Source: Candidatus Omnitrophota bacterium (lineage in GTDB: Bacteria > Omnitrophota > Gorgyraeia > Gygaellales > Profunditerraquicolaceae). From it: 60,996 bases of DNA. Of this stretch, positions 49,796 to 58,634 are shown in pieces. The notes beneath the pieces were generated by a model. That model saw only the letters and a list, made by a program, of their open reading frames with translations. It made no database searches and was not told where the DNA came from. The stretch covers positions 1-60,996 of the forward strand of contig JAQTUD010000001.1 in assembly GCA_028710405.1 (NCBI GenBank), in the 5' to 3' direction. The position numbers were made by a program, and so were the translations under genes. Position 1 is the stretch's first letter, and every line of letters begins with the position of its first letter.

Positions 49796-51723
49796 GAGAA
49801 TACTCCGGTTTTCTGAAACGTACCGACTGCCTCTCTTAAAAGGCGGCAATAAAGATCAAAACCAACGGCCGCGATAAAACCGTGCTGCTCTATCCCCAGC
49901 AGGTTCCCCGCGCCCCGGATCTCCAGGTCCTCCATGGCGATATGAAACCCCGCCCCCAGGTGCGCGTATTCACAGATCGCATCCAACCTCTTCCTGGCGT
50001 CCTTCTCCAGTACTACACTCTTAGGGACCAGAAAATATGCATAGGCCGGCCGGTCAAATCTGCCTACCCTCCCCCTTAACTGGTGCATGTCGGCCAAGCC
50101 GAACATATGCGCGTTATTGACGATAATAGTGTTGGCATTAGGTATATCAATGCCGCTTTCTATGATCATCGTGCAGAGCAGACAGTCGATCTTGCCCTCC
50201 AGAAACTCCGACATTATCTTTTCCAGGAGCCTGGCAGGCATCTGGCCGTGGGCGATCTCTAACCTGGCGCCAGCCGGCAGTATCCCAGCTAACATATCCC
50301 TGATCTTGTCAATATCTTGCACCCGGTTATGCAGAAAAAATACCTGGCCATGACGGTTTATCTCTTTTAGCACCGCCTGCCGGATAAGATCTTCATCATA
50401 TTCTATCACAACCGTCTTCACAGGCAACCTATTTTGCGGCGCGGTGTTGATCACCGACAGGTCGCGCGCCCCCATCAGGCTCATATACAGGGTCCGGGGT
50501 ATAGGCGTAGCAGTCAGGGTGAGCACATCCGTAGTTAGCCGCATTTTCTTCAGTTTCTCTTTAGCCAATACCCCAAAACGCTGCTCTTCATCTATGATCA
50601 CCAGGCCCAGGTCTTTAAATAGCACATCATCGGAGAGCAAGCGGTGCGTCCCGATGACGATATCTGCCGTCCCGGAAGCAATATCTTTGATTATCTTCTT
50701 CTGCTCGGCGTCAGTCCGGAAACGGCAGAGTAACTGGATATTCACCGGAAAATCCTTGATCCGCCGGTTGAAATTAATATAATGCTGCTCGGCCAGGATA
50801 GTGGTCGGCACCAGGTAAGCCACCTGCTTATTATTCATTACCGCCTTGAAGGCGGCGCGCATAGCCACCTCGGTCTTGCCGTAACCCACATCTCCGCAGA
50901 GCAGCCTGTCCATAGGCTTGCCGCTCTCCATATCCAGTTTTACCTGGCGTGATGCCTCTAACTGGTCCGGGGTCTCCTTATAAGGAAAAGTCTTCTCAAA
51001 ATCAGCCTGCCACTGCGTGTCCTTGTCATAAACAAACCCCTGGGCGCTGGCGCGCATCGCCTGAAGCGTAAGAAGGTCCCAGGCCATCTTCTGTATCCCT
51101 TTTCTCGCCCGATCCTTGACCCGCTGCCACTCTTTTGTCCCCAACCGGTAGAGCTTGGGCCTTCTGGCCTGAAAAGCGATATATTTCTGCACCAGGTGCA
51201 TCTGGTCAACCGGAACAAAGAGTTTCTCCTGACGGTCGTATTCAATCACCAGGTGATCCAGATGTTTATCCCGGGATTTTATCTTCTGGATACCCAAAAA
51301 CCTGCCGATGCCATACTGATTATGCACCACAAAATCCCCGATATCCAGGTCCACGAAATTAGATAAAGGGAACTCTTCGGTGAAAATGGCGGTCTTTGCT
51401 GCGGGGATTTTCTTGATCGGAAGGATAATTACTGTCTTATGGTCCCAGAGGGGTTTACCGGTAGAGGGATCAAAGGTCCTGATGCAGGATACCTTATCAT
51501 TCTCCCACTCCAGGCGTATCGGTAGTTCAAAGGAGAAAGGGAATATATCTATGATCCCGCCGCGGCGGGAAAAATCCCCTTCCTCCTGCGTATTCTCCTG
51601 CCTGCGATAACCAAAATCCACCAGGCTGTTGGTAATATCTCCTAAATCAATACCTGATCCTGTATATATTTTTAGGGATTTAAACACGCTCTTAAACTCT
51701 GGCTCTACTGCCTGACCAGGCAA
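49792..51723 (-). CDS. mfd: compact transcription-repair coupling factor (Mfd-like)
   Basis: 643 aa. Has a CarD-like RNAP-interaction motif (GDFVVHNQYGIGRFLGIQ) and SF2 helicase motifs GDVGYGKTE, DEEQRFG and TATPIPRT. The TRG region ends ...RGAGNLLGIEQHGF. Confidence 0.85.
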   Translation of the reverse strand: MPGQAVEPEFKSVFKSLKIYTGSGIDLGDITNSLVDFGYRRQENTQEEGDFSRRGGIIDIFPFSFELPIRLEWENDKVSCIRTFDPSTGKPLWDHKTVIILPIKKIPAAKTAIFTEEFPLSNFVDLDIGDFVVHNQYGIGRFLGIQKIKSRDKHLDHLVIEYDRQEKLFVPVDQMHLVQKYIAFQARRPKLYRLGTKEWQRVKDRARKGIQKMAWDLLTLQAMRASAQGFVYDKDTQWQADFEKTFPYKETPDQLEASRQVKLDMESGKPMDRLLCGDVGYGKTEVAMRAAFKAVMNNKQVAYLVPTTILAEQHYINFNRRIKDFPVNIQLLCRFRTDAEQKKIIKDIASGTADIVIGTHRLLSDDVLFKDLGLVIIDEEQRFGVLAKEKLKKMRLTTDVLTLTATPIPRTLYMSLMGARDLSVINTAPQNRLPVKTVVIEYDEDLIRQAVLKEINRHGQVFFLHNRVQDIDKIRDMLAGILPAGARLEIAHGQMPARLLEKIMSEFLEGKIDCLLCTMIIESGIDIPNANTIIVNNAHMFGLADMHQLRGRVGRFDRPAYAYFLVPKSVVLEKDARKRLDAICEYAHLGAGFHIAMEDLEIRGAGNLLGIEQHGFIAAVGFDLYCRLLREAVGTFQKTGVFS

Positions 51724-53899
51724 GCACCAGGGGTGAAGCGATAAAAACCGTAGAATATACGCCGGCGATAAAACCTACCAGCAGGGCAAAGGCAAAATTA
51801 CCCAAGACCTCCCCGCCATAGAGAAAGATAGCCAGTACTACCAACAGGGTAACTCCGGAGGTCAAAATAGTCCTGCTTAACGTCTGGTTTACACTTAAGT
51901 TTATCAGCTCCTTAAGGCTGAGTTTCCTGTATAGGCGGTTATTCTCCCGCACCCGATCATAAATAACAATGGTGTCATTAATAGAATAACCGGCGATAGT
52001 CAGGAAAGCGGTAATACTTAAAAGATCTATCTGGCGTCCGGTCATCGCTAAAGCCCCCAGGGTGACCAAGACGTCATGGAAAAGCGCGATTACGCCTGCG
52101 ATAGCGAAATTAAAATGCTTGAACCTGATGGCTACATACACCAATATACCTATCATGGACCAAAGAAGCGCGTAGATGGCTTTATCCTGTAGGTGTTTTC
52201 CCGCTATCGGCCCGACACGTTCAATGCGTAATATCTGAATATCCTGGTCGGCAAAAGTGCTCTTTAATTTCTCCGTCAATTCCTTGCTCTTATCCTCCAG
52301 CGTCCTGATCAAAACCACCCGTGGATTATCTTTATATTGCTGTATGATGGCATCCGAAAGGTTTAATTCTTTCAAGGTCTGACGTACCTTATCAATATTG
52401 GCAGGATCCTTAAAGCTATATTCTTGTAATTGCCCGCCTGCAAAATCAATACCGTAGGCGTCTTTGCCTTTTTTAAAATAGAAGAAAAGCCCAGTAATGA
52501 TCACGATCAAAGAAATAGCATAAAAGATTTTTCTCTTACCGATAAAATCAATTTTTGTCTCCTTGATCAACCGCATCATAGGGAGGGAATTTTTCAAGAT
52601 CCCCAGGCCCAAAAGGATCTCAAAGATAGTGCGGGTGACCACGATAGCGGTAAACATACTGGCGATCAAACCGATAGTCAGAGTCACCGCGAAACCCCTA
52701 ATTGAACCAGTGCCAAACTGAAAAAGTAATAACGCGGCAATAAGGGTAGTCACGTTTGAATCAAAGATAGCGCTGAACGCCCGGCCGTAACCGCTGGATA
52801 TAGCGCTGCGCAGGTTCTTCCCCGCGTTTAATTCTTCTCTAATGCGCTCATTGATCAGAACGTTGGCATCCACTGCCATACCTAAAGATAATACGATACC
52901 AGCGATACCCGGAAGGGTCAGGGTAGCGGACACTCCGGGAAATAACATCGGCAACATTCCTAATCCGCCTAAGATCATCAATAAGTTTAACAATAACGCG
53001 ATATCAGCGACCACTCCGGCCAAAAGATAATAAACAGCCATAAATATGATTACTAACGCGCTACCTACAAGGCTGGCCTTAATACCTTTGTTTATGGAAT
53101 CCTGCCCTAAGAGCGGACCGACAGTCCTCTCCTCTTCAACATGCATCGGAGCCGGTAAAGCGCCTACTCTTAATACCAGGGCCAGATCCTGGGCTTCTTC
53201 TATCGCAAAGCGACCGGTAATAACCGCCTCTCCAGTAGGGATGGGTTCTCTGATGCGTGGGGCAGACTGCACCTTGCCATCCAAGAGTATCGCCAGCCTC
53301 TTGCCGACATTATTGGTGGTAATCTCCGCGAATTTCTTGGCGCCTTCGGGATTAAACTTCAATGCCACCACCGGCTCATTAAATTCGCTCTGGCTAAAAG
53401 TTACCGAGGCATTGGTCAGGGCGTCACCGGCAAGCACCGTATTTTTCTCCAGGAGCACCGGTTCATTATCCTCCTGTGTATATTTTAATTCAAAGCCCTC
53501 GGGGATGGTCCCGGCTATTGCCTGGCTTAACTTATCAGTATCTGTAGAAACCAACTTAAACTCTAACTGTGCGGTTTTACCGATGACATCAATCGCCCGC
53601 TGCCTATCTGTAACCCCCGGCAACTGCACTACGATCTCATCTTCCCCCTGCCTTTGGATAGAAGGCTCGCGTACGCCGAACTCATCAATACGGTTGCGGA
53701 TAACCTCGGCGGCGCGATCAGCGGCATCTATCTTTGCCTCCGGGGTAAGATTAGTTGTATCAACCTTGAGCAAGAGATGCATCCCGCCTTTTAAATCCAG
53801 ACCGAGGTTGATCCTCTTCTCTAAGGGAAAAGCAAAATAAATGCAAGTCCCCACTAACGCTAAAATAAAAATCGCCTTATAAATAGTTCTCTTTTCCAT
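51692..53899 (-). CDS. secDF: fused protein-export membrane protein SecDF
   Basis: 735 aa with two 6-TM halves. Follows yajC as in the canonical yajC-secD-secF order. Confidence 0.92.
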   Translation of the reverse strand: MEKRTIYKAIFILALVGTCIYFAFPLEKRINLGLDLKGGMHLLLKVDTTNLTPEAKIDAADRAAEVIRNRIDEFGVREPSIQRQGEDEIVVQLPGVTDRQRAIDVIGKTAQLEFKLVSTDTDKLSQAIAGTIPEGFELKYTQEDNEPVLLEKNTVLAGDALTNASVTFSQSEFNEPVVALKFNPEGAKKFAEITTNNVGKRLAILLDGKVQSAPRIREPIPTGEAVITGRFAIEEAQDLALVLRVGALPAPMHVEEERTVGPLLGQDSINKGIKASLVGSALVIIFMAVYYLLAGVVADIALLLNLLMILGGLGMLPMLFPGVSATLTLPGIAGIVLSLGMAVDANVLINERIREELNAGKNLRSAISSGYGRAFSAIFDSNVTTLIAALLLFQFGTGSIRGFAVTLTIGLIASMFTAIVVTRTIFEILLGLGILKNSLPMMRLIKETKIDFIGKRKIFYAISLIVIITGLFFYFKKGKDAYGIDFAGGQLQEYSFKDPANIDKVRQTLKELNLSDAIIQQYKDNPRVVLIRTLEDKSKELTEKLKSTFADQDIQILRIERVGPIAGKHLQDKAIYALLWSMIGILVYVAIRFKHFNFAIAGVIALFHDVLVTLGALAMTGRQIDLLSITAFLTIAGYSINDTIVIYDRVRENNRLYRKLSLKELINLSVNQTLSRTILTSGVTLLVVLAIFLYGGEVLGNFAFALLVGFIAGVYSTVFIASPLVLAWSGSRARV

Positions 53900-53911
53900 T
53901 TGCTTTCCTTT

Positions 53912-54202
53912 TTAAGCGGATGGGCTTTGCGGTTTCTGCAGATAAGCCACGCAGCTCTTCTCTATTTCTATCTTCACGTTGTCATCTATCCTCAAAAGCA
54001 CGGTCTTTTCTTTGACCCCGACTATCGTGCCGTGGATCCCGCCTGTAGTGATTATTTCATCATTCTTATTTAGGCCGGTGAGCATCTTCTGATGCTCCTT
54101 CTCTTTCTGTTTCTGCGGACGGATAAGCAGAAAGTAGAAAATAATAAAGATCAGGATTAAAGGAAACATATTTATCAATGGATTAACCGCTTGTTGTGGC
54201 AT
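53912..54202 (-). CDS. yajC: preprotein translocase subunit YajC
   Basis: 96 aa, with one TM helix followed by ...KMLTGLNKNDEIITTGGIHGTIV. Confidence 0.9.
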   Translation of the reverse strand: MPQQAVNPLINMFPLILIFIIFYFLLIRPQKQKEKEHQKMLTGLNKNDEIITTGGIHGTIVGVKEKTVLLRIDDNVKIEIEKSCVAYLQKPQSPSA

Positions 54203-54213
54203 TTTGACCTCCT

Positions 54214-54339
54214 AAATGAGCACTTGACTTACGAACACGATAGTGTGAGTAAGTCAATGTGCGAATTTATCCCGCAGCCTTTCGGTAAAAGTTCCTTTAA
54301 TCTTGTTTATGGAACTTTTGCCGTGTTTAGGCAAGGGAC
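54214..54339. repeat. intergenic structured repeat, copy C (rpsP-yajC spacer)
   Basis: AAATGAGCAC, hairpin GCACTTGACTTAC..GTAAGTCAATGTGC, TGCGAATTTATCCCG, then a long hairpin closed by TCCC/GGGA. It lies immediately 5' of the yajC Shine-Dalgarno sequence on the coding strand. Confidence 0.85.
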
Positions 54340-54349
54340 TACCTTTAAC

Positions 54350-54598
54350 TTACTTGCCTGCTTTTGTCGCCTTTTTAATCAAGCTTTTAACGGTCAGCGA
54401 AGGCTGGGCGCCGTTTTTGATCCAATACTGGATCCTCTCTATTTTGAGTTTTGCCTCTCCGGTAATCGGAGAATAAAATCCCAATTCCTCAATAAACCTG
54501 CCATCCCTGCCGCGGCGTTCATCAAAAACCGTGACTCGGAAATGGGGTTTACCCTTAGGATTCTTCCCGATCCTTCTTAAACGTATGTGCACTGCCAT
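54350..54598 (-). CDS. rpsP: 30S ribosomal protein S16
   Basis: 82 aa. Starts [22 protein letters not shown]. Confidence 0.96.
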   Translation of the reverse strand: MAVHIRLRRIGKNPKGKPHFRVTVFDERRGRDGRFIEELGFYSPITGEAKLKIERIQYWIKNGAQPSLTVKSLIKKATKAGK

Positions 54599-54648
54599 TT
54601 TTAAGCCTCTCCTTTTCTGTTGTTTTTTAATTCTTTACTGTTTTTACT

Positions 54649-56130
54649 TTACGATAACGCCTCAATTAAAGCCATTGCCTTATTTACCGTCTCCACGTAC
54701 TCCCTGGCCGGCACTGAATCCGCTACGATACCGGCGCCTGCCTGGATATATGCGTATCCTTTATGTGCTACGATAGTCCTGATAGTAATACAGGTATCCA
54801 TATTATGTGAAAAACTGAAATACCCCACGCAACCCGCGTATGGCCCGCGCCGGATATTTTCCAGTTCTTCAATGATCTCCATGGCCCGCACCTTGGGGCT
54901 GCCGGTTACCGTTCCGGCGGGGAATGCGGCCCGGAGCACATCATAAATATCATATTTTTTTCGGTCAAGTTCGGCCCTGACTTCGCTGACGATATGCATA
55001 ATATGGGAATATTTTTCCACGTTCATGAATTCACTGACCCTGACCTTCCCGGGCTTACTTACCCTTCCTAAGTCATTCCTGCCTAAATCTACCAGCATAA
55101 TATGTTCGGCTTTTTCTTTTTTATCATTAAGCAGTTCCATAGCAAGCCCGGCGTCCTCTTGTTGGTTTCGGCCGCGCGGCCTGCTACCGGCTATCGGCCG
55201 GGTCTGGATAATGCCGTCCTCGCAGCGCACCAGCATCTCCGGAGAGGAACCTATTAATACGGTGTCTTTTAGTTTTAAAAAATACATATACGGTGAAGGA
55301 TTGAGGCTTCTTAATTTACGATACACCTCAAACGCCGGCTTATTCATCTTCATCTTAAAACGCTGGGAGGGGACCGCCTGAATAACATCACCTTTGGTTA
55401 TATAAGCCTTGATTTTACACACAACATCCTGGAACTGGGCCTTGCTGAAATTAGAAGTTACCGATATTTTCCGGCAGCCTCCGGTTGTTTTCTCCAAGTG
55501 GGGGTGATCTTTAATCATATCCTTGTGCATCGCCTCAATATTCCGTAACGCCCGCGAATAAATATCCTCCTTCTCTTTGCTGGAAAGTTTCCCGACAGGC
55601 AGGATAATGTTAAAGACGATCTTTATGGTGTGGTTGACGTGATCAAAGATTAGTATCTTATCGGTCAAGAAAAGTATGGCGTCGGCAAGGCGCAGGTCAT
55701 CGGGATTCTTCTCCGGCAGCTCCTCAAAGAACCTCACCATATCGTAGCCGATATAACCCACCAGGCCGCCGTAAAAACGCGGCAGGCCCTTTACGGCTAC
55801 CGCACGATAGTCCCGCATGATCTTTTTTATTTCATCCAGAGGAGACCCTTGCGCTGTAAACCTGCGCGTTTTCTTTTGCGCCGGATAATTAATCTCAATA
55901 TTTCTACCCTTACTCTTAAATACTAAAGCCGGATCGCTCCCCAAAAAGGAGTAACGCGCGATCTTCTCCTGGCCTTCCACGGATTCCAAGAGAAATGAAT
56001 AATCGCCCTTCTCTACTTTTAAAAAGGCGGAGACCGGCGTATCCAGGTCAGCGTTGATCTCTTTATAGACCGGGATGACATTGCCTTTTTGGGCCAGCTT
56101 TAGAAATTCCTTTAACGAAGGATTATACAT
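54649..56130 (-). CDS. trpE: chorismate-utilising enzyme, anthranilate synthase component I-like
   Basis: 493 aa. Has LLESVEG, GLVGYIGYD, NPSPYMYF and GAGIVADS motifs. No glutamine amidotransferase partner is adjacent. Confidence 0.85.
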   Translation of the reverse strand: MYNPSLKEFLKLAQKGNVIPVYKEINADLDTPVSAFLKVEKGDYSFLLESVEGQEKIARYSFLGSDPALVFKSKGRNIEINYPAQKKTRRFTAQGSPLDEIKKIMRDYRAVAVKGLPRFYGGLVGYIGYDMVRFFEELPEKNPDDLRLADAILFLTDKILIFDHVNHTIKIVFNIILPVGKLSSKEKEDIYSRALRNIEAMHKDMIKDHPHLEKTTGGCRKISVTSNFSKAQFQDVVCKIKAYITKGDVIQAVPSQRFKMKMNKPAFEVYRKLRSLNPSPYMYFLKLKDTVLIGSSPEMLVRCEDGIIQTRPIAGSRPRGRNQQEDAGLAMELLNDKKEKAEHIMLVDLGRNDLGRVSKPGKVRVSEFMNVEKYSHIMHIVSEVRAELDRKKYDIYDVLRAAFPAGTVTGSPKVRAMEIIEELENIRRGPYAGCVGYFSFSHNMDTCITIRTIVAHKGYAYIQAGAGIVADSVPAREYVETVNKAMALIEALS

Positions 56131-56155
56131 CTCTTGTACGCTTTCTTACTGTTTT

Positions 56156-56506
56156 TTACTTTCCTACTCTCTTACTTTCTATTCTTCTATAAAAACAACT
56201 CCTGTTGCCGGTATGGCAAGCCGCTCCTATCTGGCGCACTTTTACCAAAAGCGCGTCCAGATCGCAATCATAGGCTACTGACTTGACATATTGAAAACAT
56301 CCGGAAGTCATGCCTTTTACCCAGTATTCTTTACGGGAGCGCGACCAGAAACAAGTCTTCCCTAATTTCAGGGTCCTCCGTAAAGACTCCTTATTCATAT
56401 AGGCCATCATCAGCACTTCCCCATCCTTATAATCCTGGATTATCGCCGGGATCAGGCCCTTGCTGTCAAATTTTAGGTTTTTTAAATTAAATTTTGTCTT
56501 TTTCAT
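56156..56506 (-). CDS. hisI: phosphoribosyl-AMP cyclohydrolase
   Basis: 116 aa. Contains ...[25 protein letters not shown]...WSRSR...CDLDALL. No fused HisE domain. Confidence 0.92.
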   Translation of the reverse strand: MKKTKFNLKNLKFDSKGLIPAIIQDYKDGEVLMMAYMNKESLRRTLKLGKTCFWSRSRKEYWVKGMTSGCFQYVKSVAYDCDLDALLVKVRQIGAACHTGNRSCFYRRIESKRVGK

Positions 56507-56516
56507 AGTGATTGTT

Positions 56517-57293
56517 TTAATTCCTTACTGGTATACCTTTTTCTTTTAGATAACTCTTTACCTGAGCCACCGAATATTCCTGATAATGAAAAATAGAGGC
56601 TGCCAGGCCGGCATCAGCGCCGCCATCTTTGAAGACCGCGTAAAAATCCTCGGGCCTACCGGCGCCTCCGGAGGCAATCACCGGAATATTTACCGAGCGC
56701 GTGACTGCCCGGGTCAGGGGTATATCAAAACCATCCTTTGTCCCATCATAATCCATACTGGTCAAAAGTATCTCCCCGGCGCCTAACTCTGCCGCCTTTT
56801 TCGCCCAATCCAAGGCATCCAACTCAGTAATAGTCCTTCCCCCGTTTATATAGACTTCCCTCTGGTGACTTGGCGATTTGGTGACTTGGTGACTCTTCTT
56901 AGCGTCGATAGCCACCACAATACACTGACTACCGAATTTACTGGAGGCTTCCGAGATAATCTCCGGATATTTGACCGCCGTAGTGTTCAAAGAGACCTTA
57001 TCCGCACCGGCGTTAAGGAGTTCCCTGATGTCGTCAATATCCCTGATCCCGCCCCCTACGGTAAAAGGCATATAGATATTCTCGGCGATACCGGCGACCA
57101 GGTCCACCAGGGTCTTTCTATTTTCAAAGCTGGCAGTAATATCTAAAAAGACCAGCTCATCCGCCTGCTGACGGTCGTAAATCTTGGCTACCTCAATAGG
57201 GTCTCCGGCGTCTCTTAAACCCAAAAATTTTACGCCCTTTACCACCCGGTTATCTTTGATATCCAGGCAGGGTATTATACGCTTAGTTAACAT
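56517..57293 (-). CDS. hisF: imidazole glycerol phosphate synthase cyclase subunit
   Basis: 258 aa. Starts [14 protein letters not shown]. Also has VIASGGAG. Confidence 0.96.
   Translation of the reverse strand: MLTKRIIPCLDIKDNRVVKGVKFLGLRDAGDPIEVAKIYDRQQADELVFLDITASFENRKTLVDLVAGIAENIYMPFTVGGGIRDIDDIRELLNAGADKVSLNTTAVKYPEIISEASSKFGSQCIVVAIDAKKSHQVTKSPSHQREVYINGGRTITELDALDWAKKAAELGAGEILLTSMDYDGTKDGFDIPLTRAVTRSVNIPVIASGGAGRPEDFYAVFKDGGADAGLAASIFHYQEYSVAQVKSYLKEKGIPVRN
56863..56894. repeat. four tandem octamers inside hisF
   Basis: Plus strand reads TGGTGACT TGGCGATT TGGTGACT TGGTGACT. They encode [12 protein letters not shown], which looks like an extra loop segment compared with the Thermotoga HisF as I recall it. 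Confidence 0.8.
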
Positions 57294-57304
57294 ATAGTTT
57301 GCAG

Positions 57305-57754
57305 CTATTTTAGTTTCTTATACAAATATTCCTTTAACAGAATCCAAGTCCTCTTGCCTACTTTTCCATCTGCCTGCAGGCCATTCGCGGACTGAAAAGA
57401 CTTGATCGCATCTCTGGTCTGCTTCCCCATCTTACCGTCAATATGCCCGGGGTTATAGCCGGCATTATTTAAAGCCATCTGTATCTCTTTTACCTTAGGG
57501 CGGGATTTTGTCTCCGCGATCACCTTCTTGCGGGCGTGACGGACAGGTTGCGCCATCGCCTCTTCCTGGGGCTTGGACATGTTACTCTTTAGGCTATTTA
57601 TCTCTTCATCTTTAGCCTGAATCTGCGTCTCTAGGACAGAAATCTGATTCCTTAAACCCTGAACCTCTAAATCATTTTTCTTACGCGCGCTTGCGCATCC
57701 GGTAAGGGAAAACACAAAAATCACCAGGACAGATAAAGCCACCCATTTTTTCAT
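57305..57754 (-). CDS. lipoprotein with a coiled-coil segment and a C-terminal peptidoglycan-binding (PG_binding_1-like) domain
   Basis: 149 aa. Has the lipobox LTGC. The C-terminal region is [43 protein letters not shown]. Confidence 0.8.
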   Translation of the reverse strand: MKKWVALSVLVIFVFSLTGCASARKKNDLEVQGLRNQISVLETQIQAKDEEINSLKSNMSKPQEEAMAQPVRHARKKVIAETKSRPKVKEIQMALNNAGYNPGHIDGKMGKQTRDAIKSFQSANGLQADGKVGKRTWILLKEYLYKKLK

Positions 57755-57767
57755 TATCCCCTCCTTT

Positions 57768-57908
57768 AAATGAGCAGACCCTTTACATTGGGGATACCCA
57801 ATGTAAAGGGTAGCCCCGCAGGGGCGTCTGCGAATTTATCCCGAGCCTGCGTAAGTTCCTTGCTTTATTAAACAAAGCGGCAATGGAACAAGCGCTTAGG
57901 CGAGGGAT
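57768..57908. repeat. intergenic structured repeat, copy D (hisA-lipoprotein spacer; same framework, different hairpin cargo)
   Basis: AAATGAGCAG, outer stem GCAGAC/GTCTGC enclosing two unrelated hairpins, TGCGAATTTATCCCG, then a long hairpin closed by ATCCC/GGGAT, with CTTAGGCGAGGGAT at the end. Confidence 0.8.
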
Positions 57909-57914
57909 TACTTG

Positions 57915-58634
57915 TTAAGCTAACTTCAAGGCCTCTTTTAAGGTAAACTTACCTTCATAAAGGGCCTTACCAATAATTACGCCGTTTACTCCGTCCTTCT
58001 CTATTTTTTTTAATTTACGGATATCATTTAAACTTGCTATCCCTCCGGAGGCGATTACCTTCAGGTCCGTCTCCTTCAGGAGTTTTTTTATCCCTTTGAT
58101 ATTTGGCCCGGTGAGAGTTCCATCCTTGAGGGTGTCGGTATAAATCACCTCTGTAAAACCCATATCTTTTAACGCGCGCGCGAAAGATATAATATCAATC
58201 TTCTTTTGAGCACTGCGCCATCCTTTAATTAAAACCTCATCCTGTTTCCCATCTATGCTGACGATTATTTTATCTTTGAATTTTTTACGGGCATTAGTCA
58301 GAAAAACCTTATCCTGGACGGCCTTGGTCCCCAGGATCACCCGCGCCACTCCCGCGTCAACCAGCGCCTTAATAGATCCCATACTGCGCAGGCCGCCGCC
58401 GACCTCTACCGGCACACTCACACCCTGCGCTATCTCTTTGACTATCGCCAGGTTCTTCTGCGCCCCGGAGAATGCCCCATCCAGGTCCACGATATGCAGT
58501 AACTTCGCCCCCTGGCTTATCCAATGCCTGGCAGCCTTAAGCGGGGAATGAGAATACACCTTCATATCCTTCTTCCCCTGGACAAACCTGACTACGCAGC
58601 CATCCTTTAAATCTATCGCCGGAATGATTAACAT
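57915..58634 (-). CDS. hisA: ProFAR isomerase
   Basis: 239 aa. Starts MLIIPAIDLKDGCVVR. Also has ASGGI. Confidence 0.95.
   Translation of the reverse strand: MLIIPAIDLKDGCVVRFVQGKKDMKVYSHSPLKAARHWISQGAKLLHIVDLDGAFSGAQKNLAIVKEIAQGVSVPVEVGGGLRSMGSIKALVDAGVARVILGTKAVQDKVFLTNARKKFKDKIIVSIDGKQDEVLIKGWRSAQKKIDIISFARALKDMGFTEVIYTDTLKDGTLTGPNIKGIKKLLKETDLKVIASGGIASLNDIRKLKKIEKDGVNGVIIGKALYEGKFTLKEALKLA

Noticed and set aside
7900-57908. Whether the repeated intergenic elements could be a CRISPR array or its remnants.
   Set aside because: The copies are 20-27 kb apart and not regularly spaced. They are 100-140 nt long with complex internal structure, and no cas genes are present.
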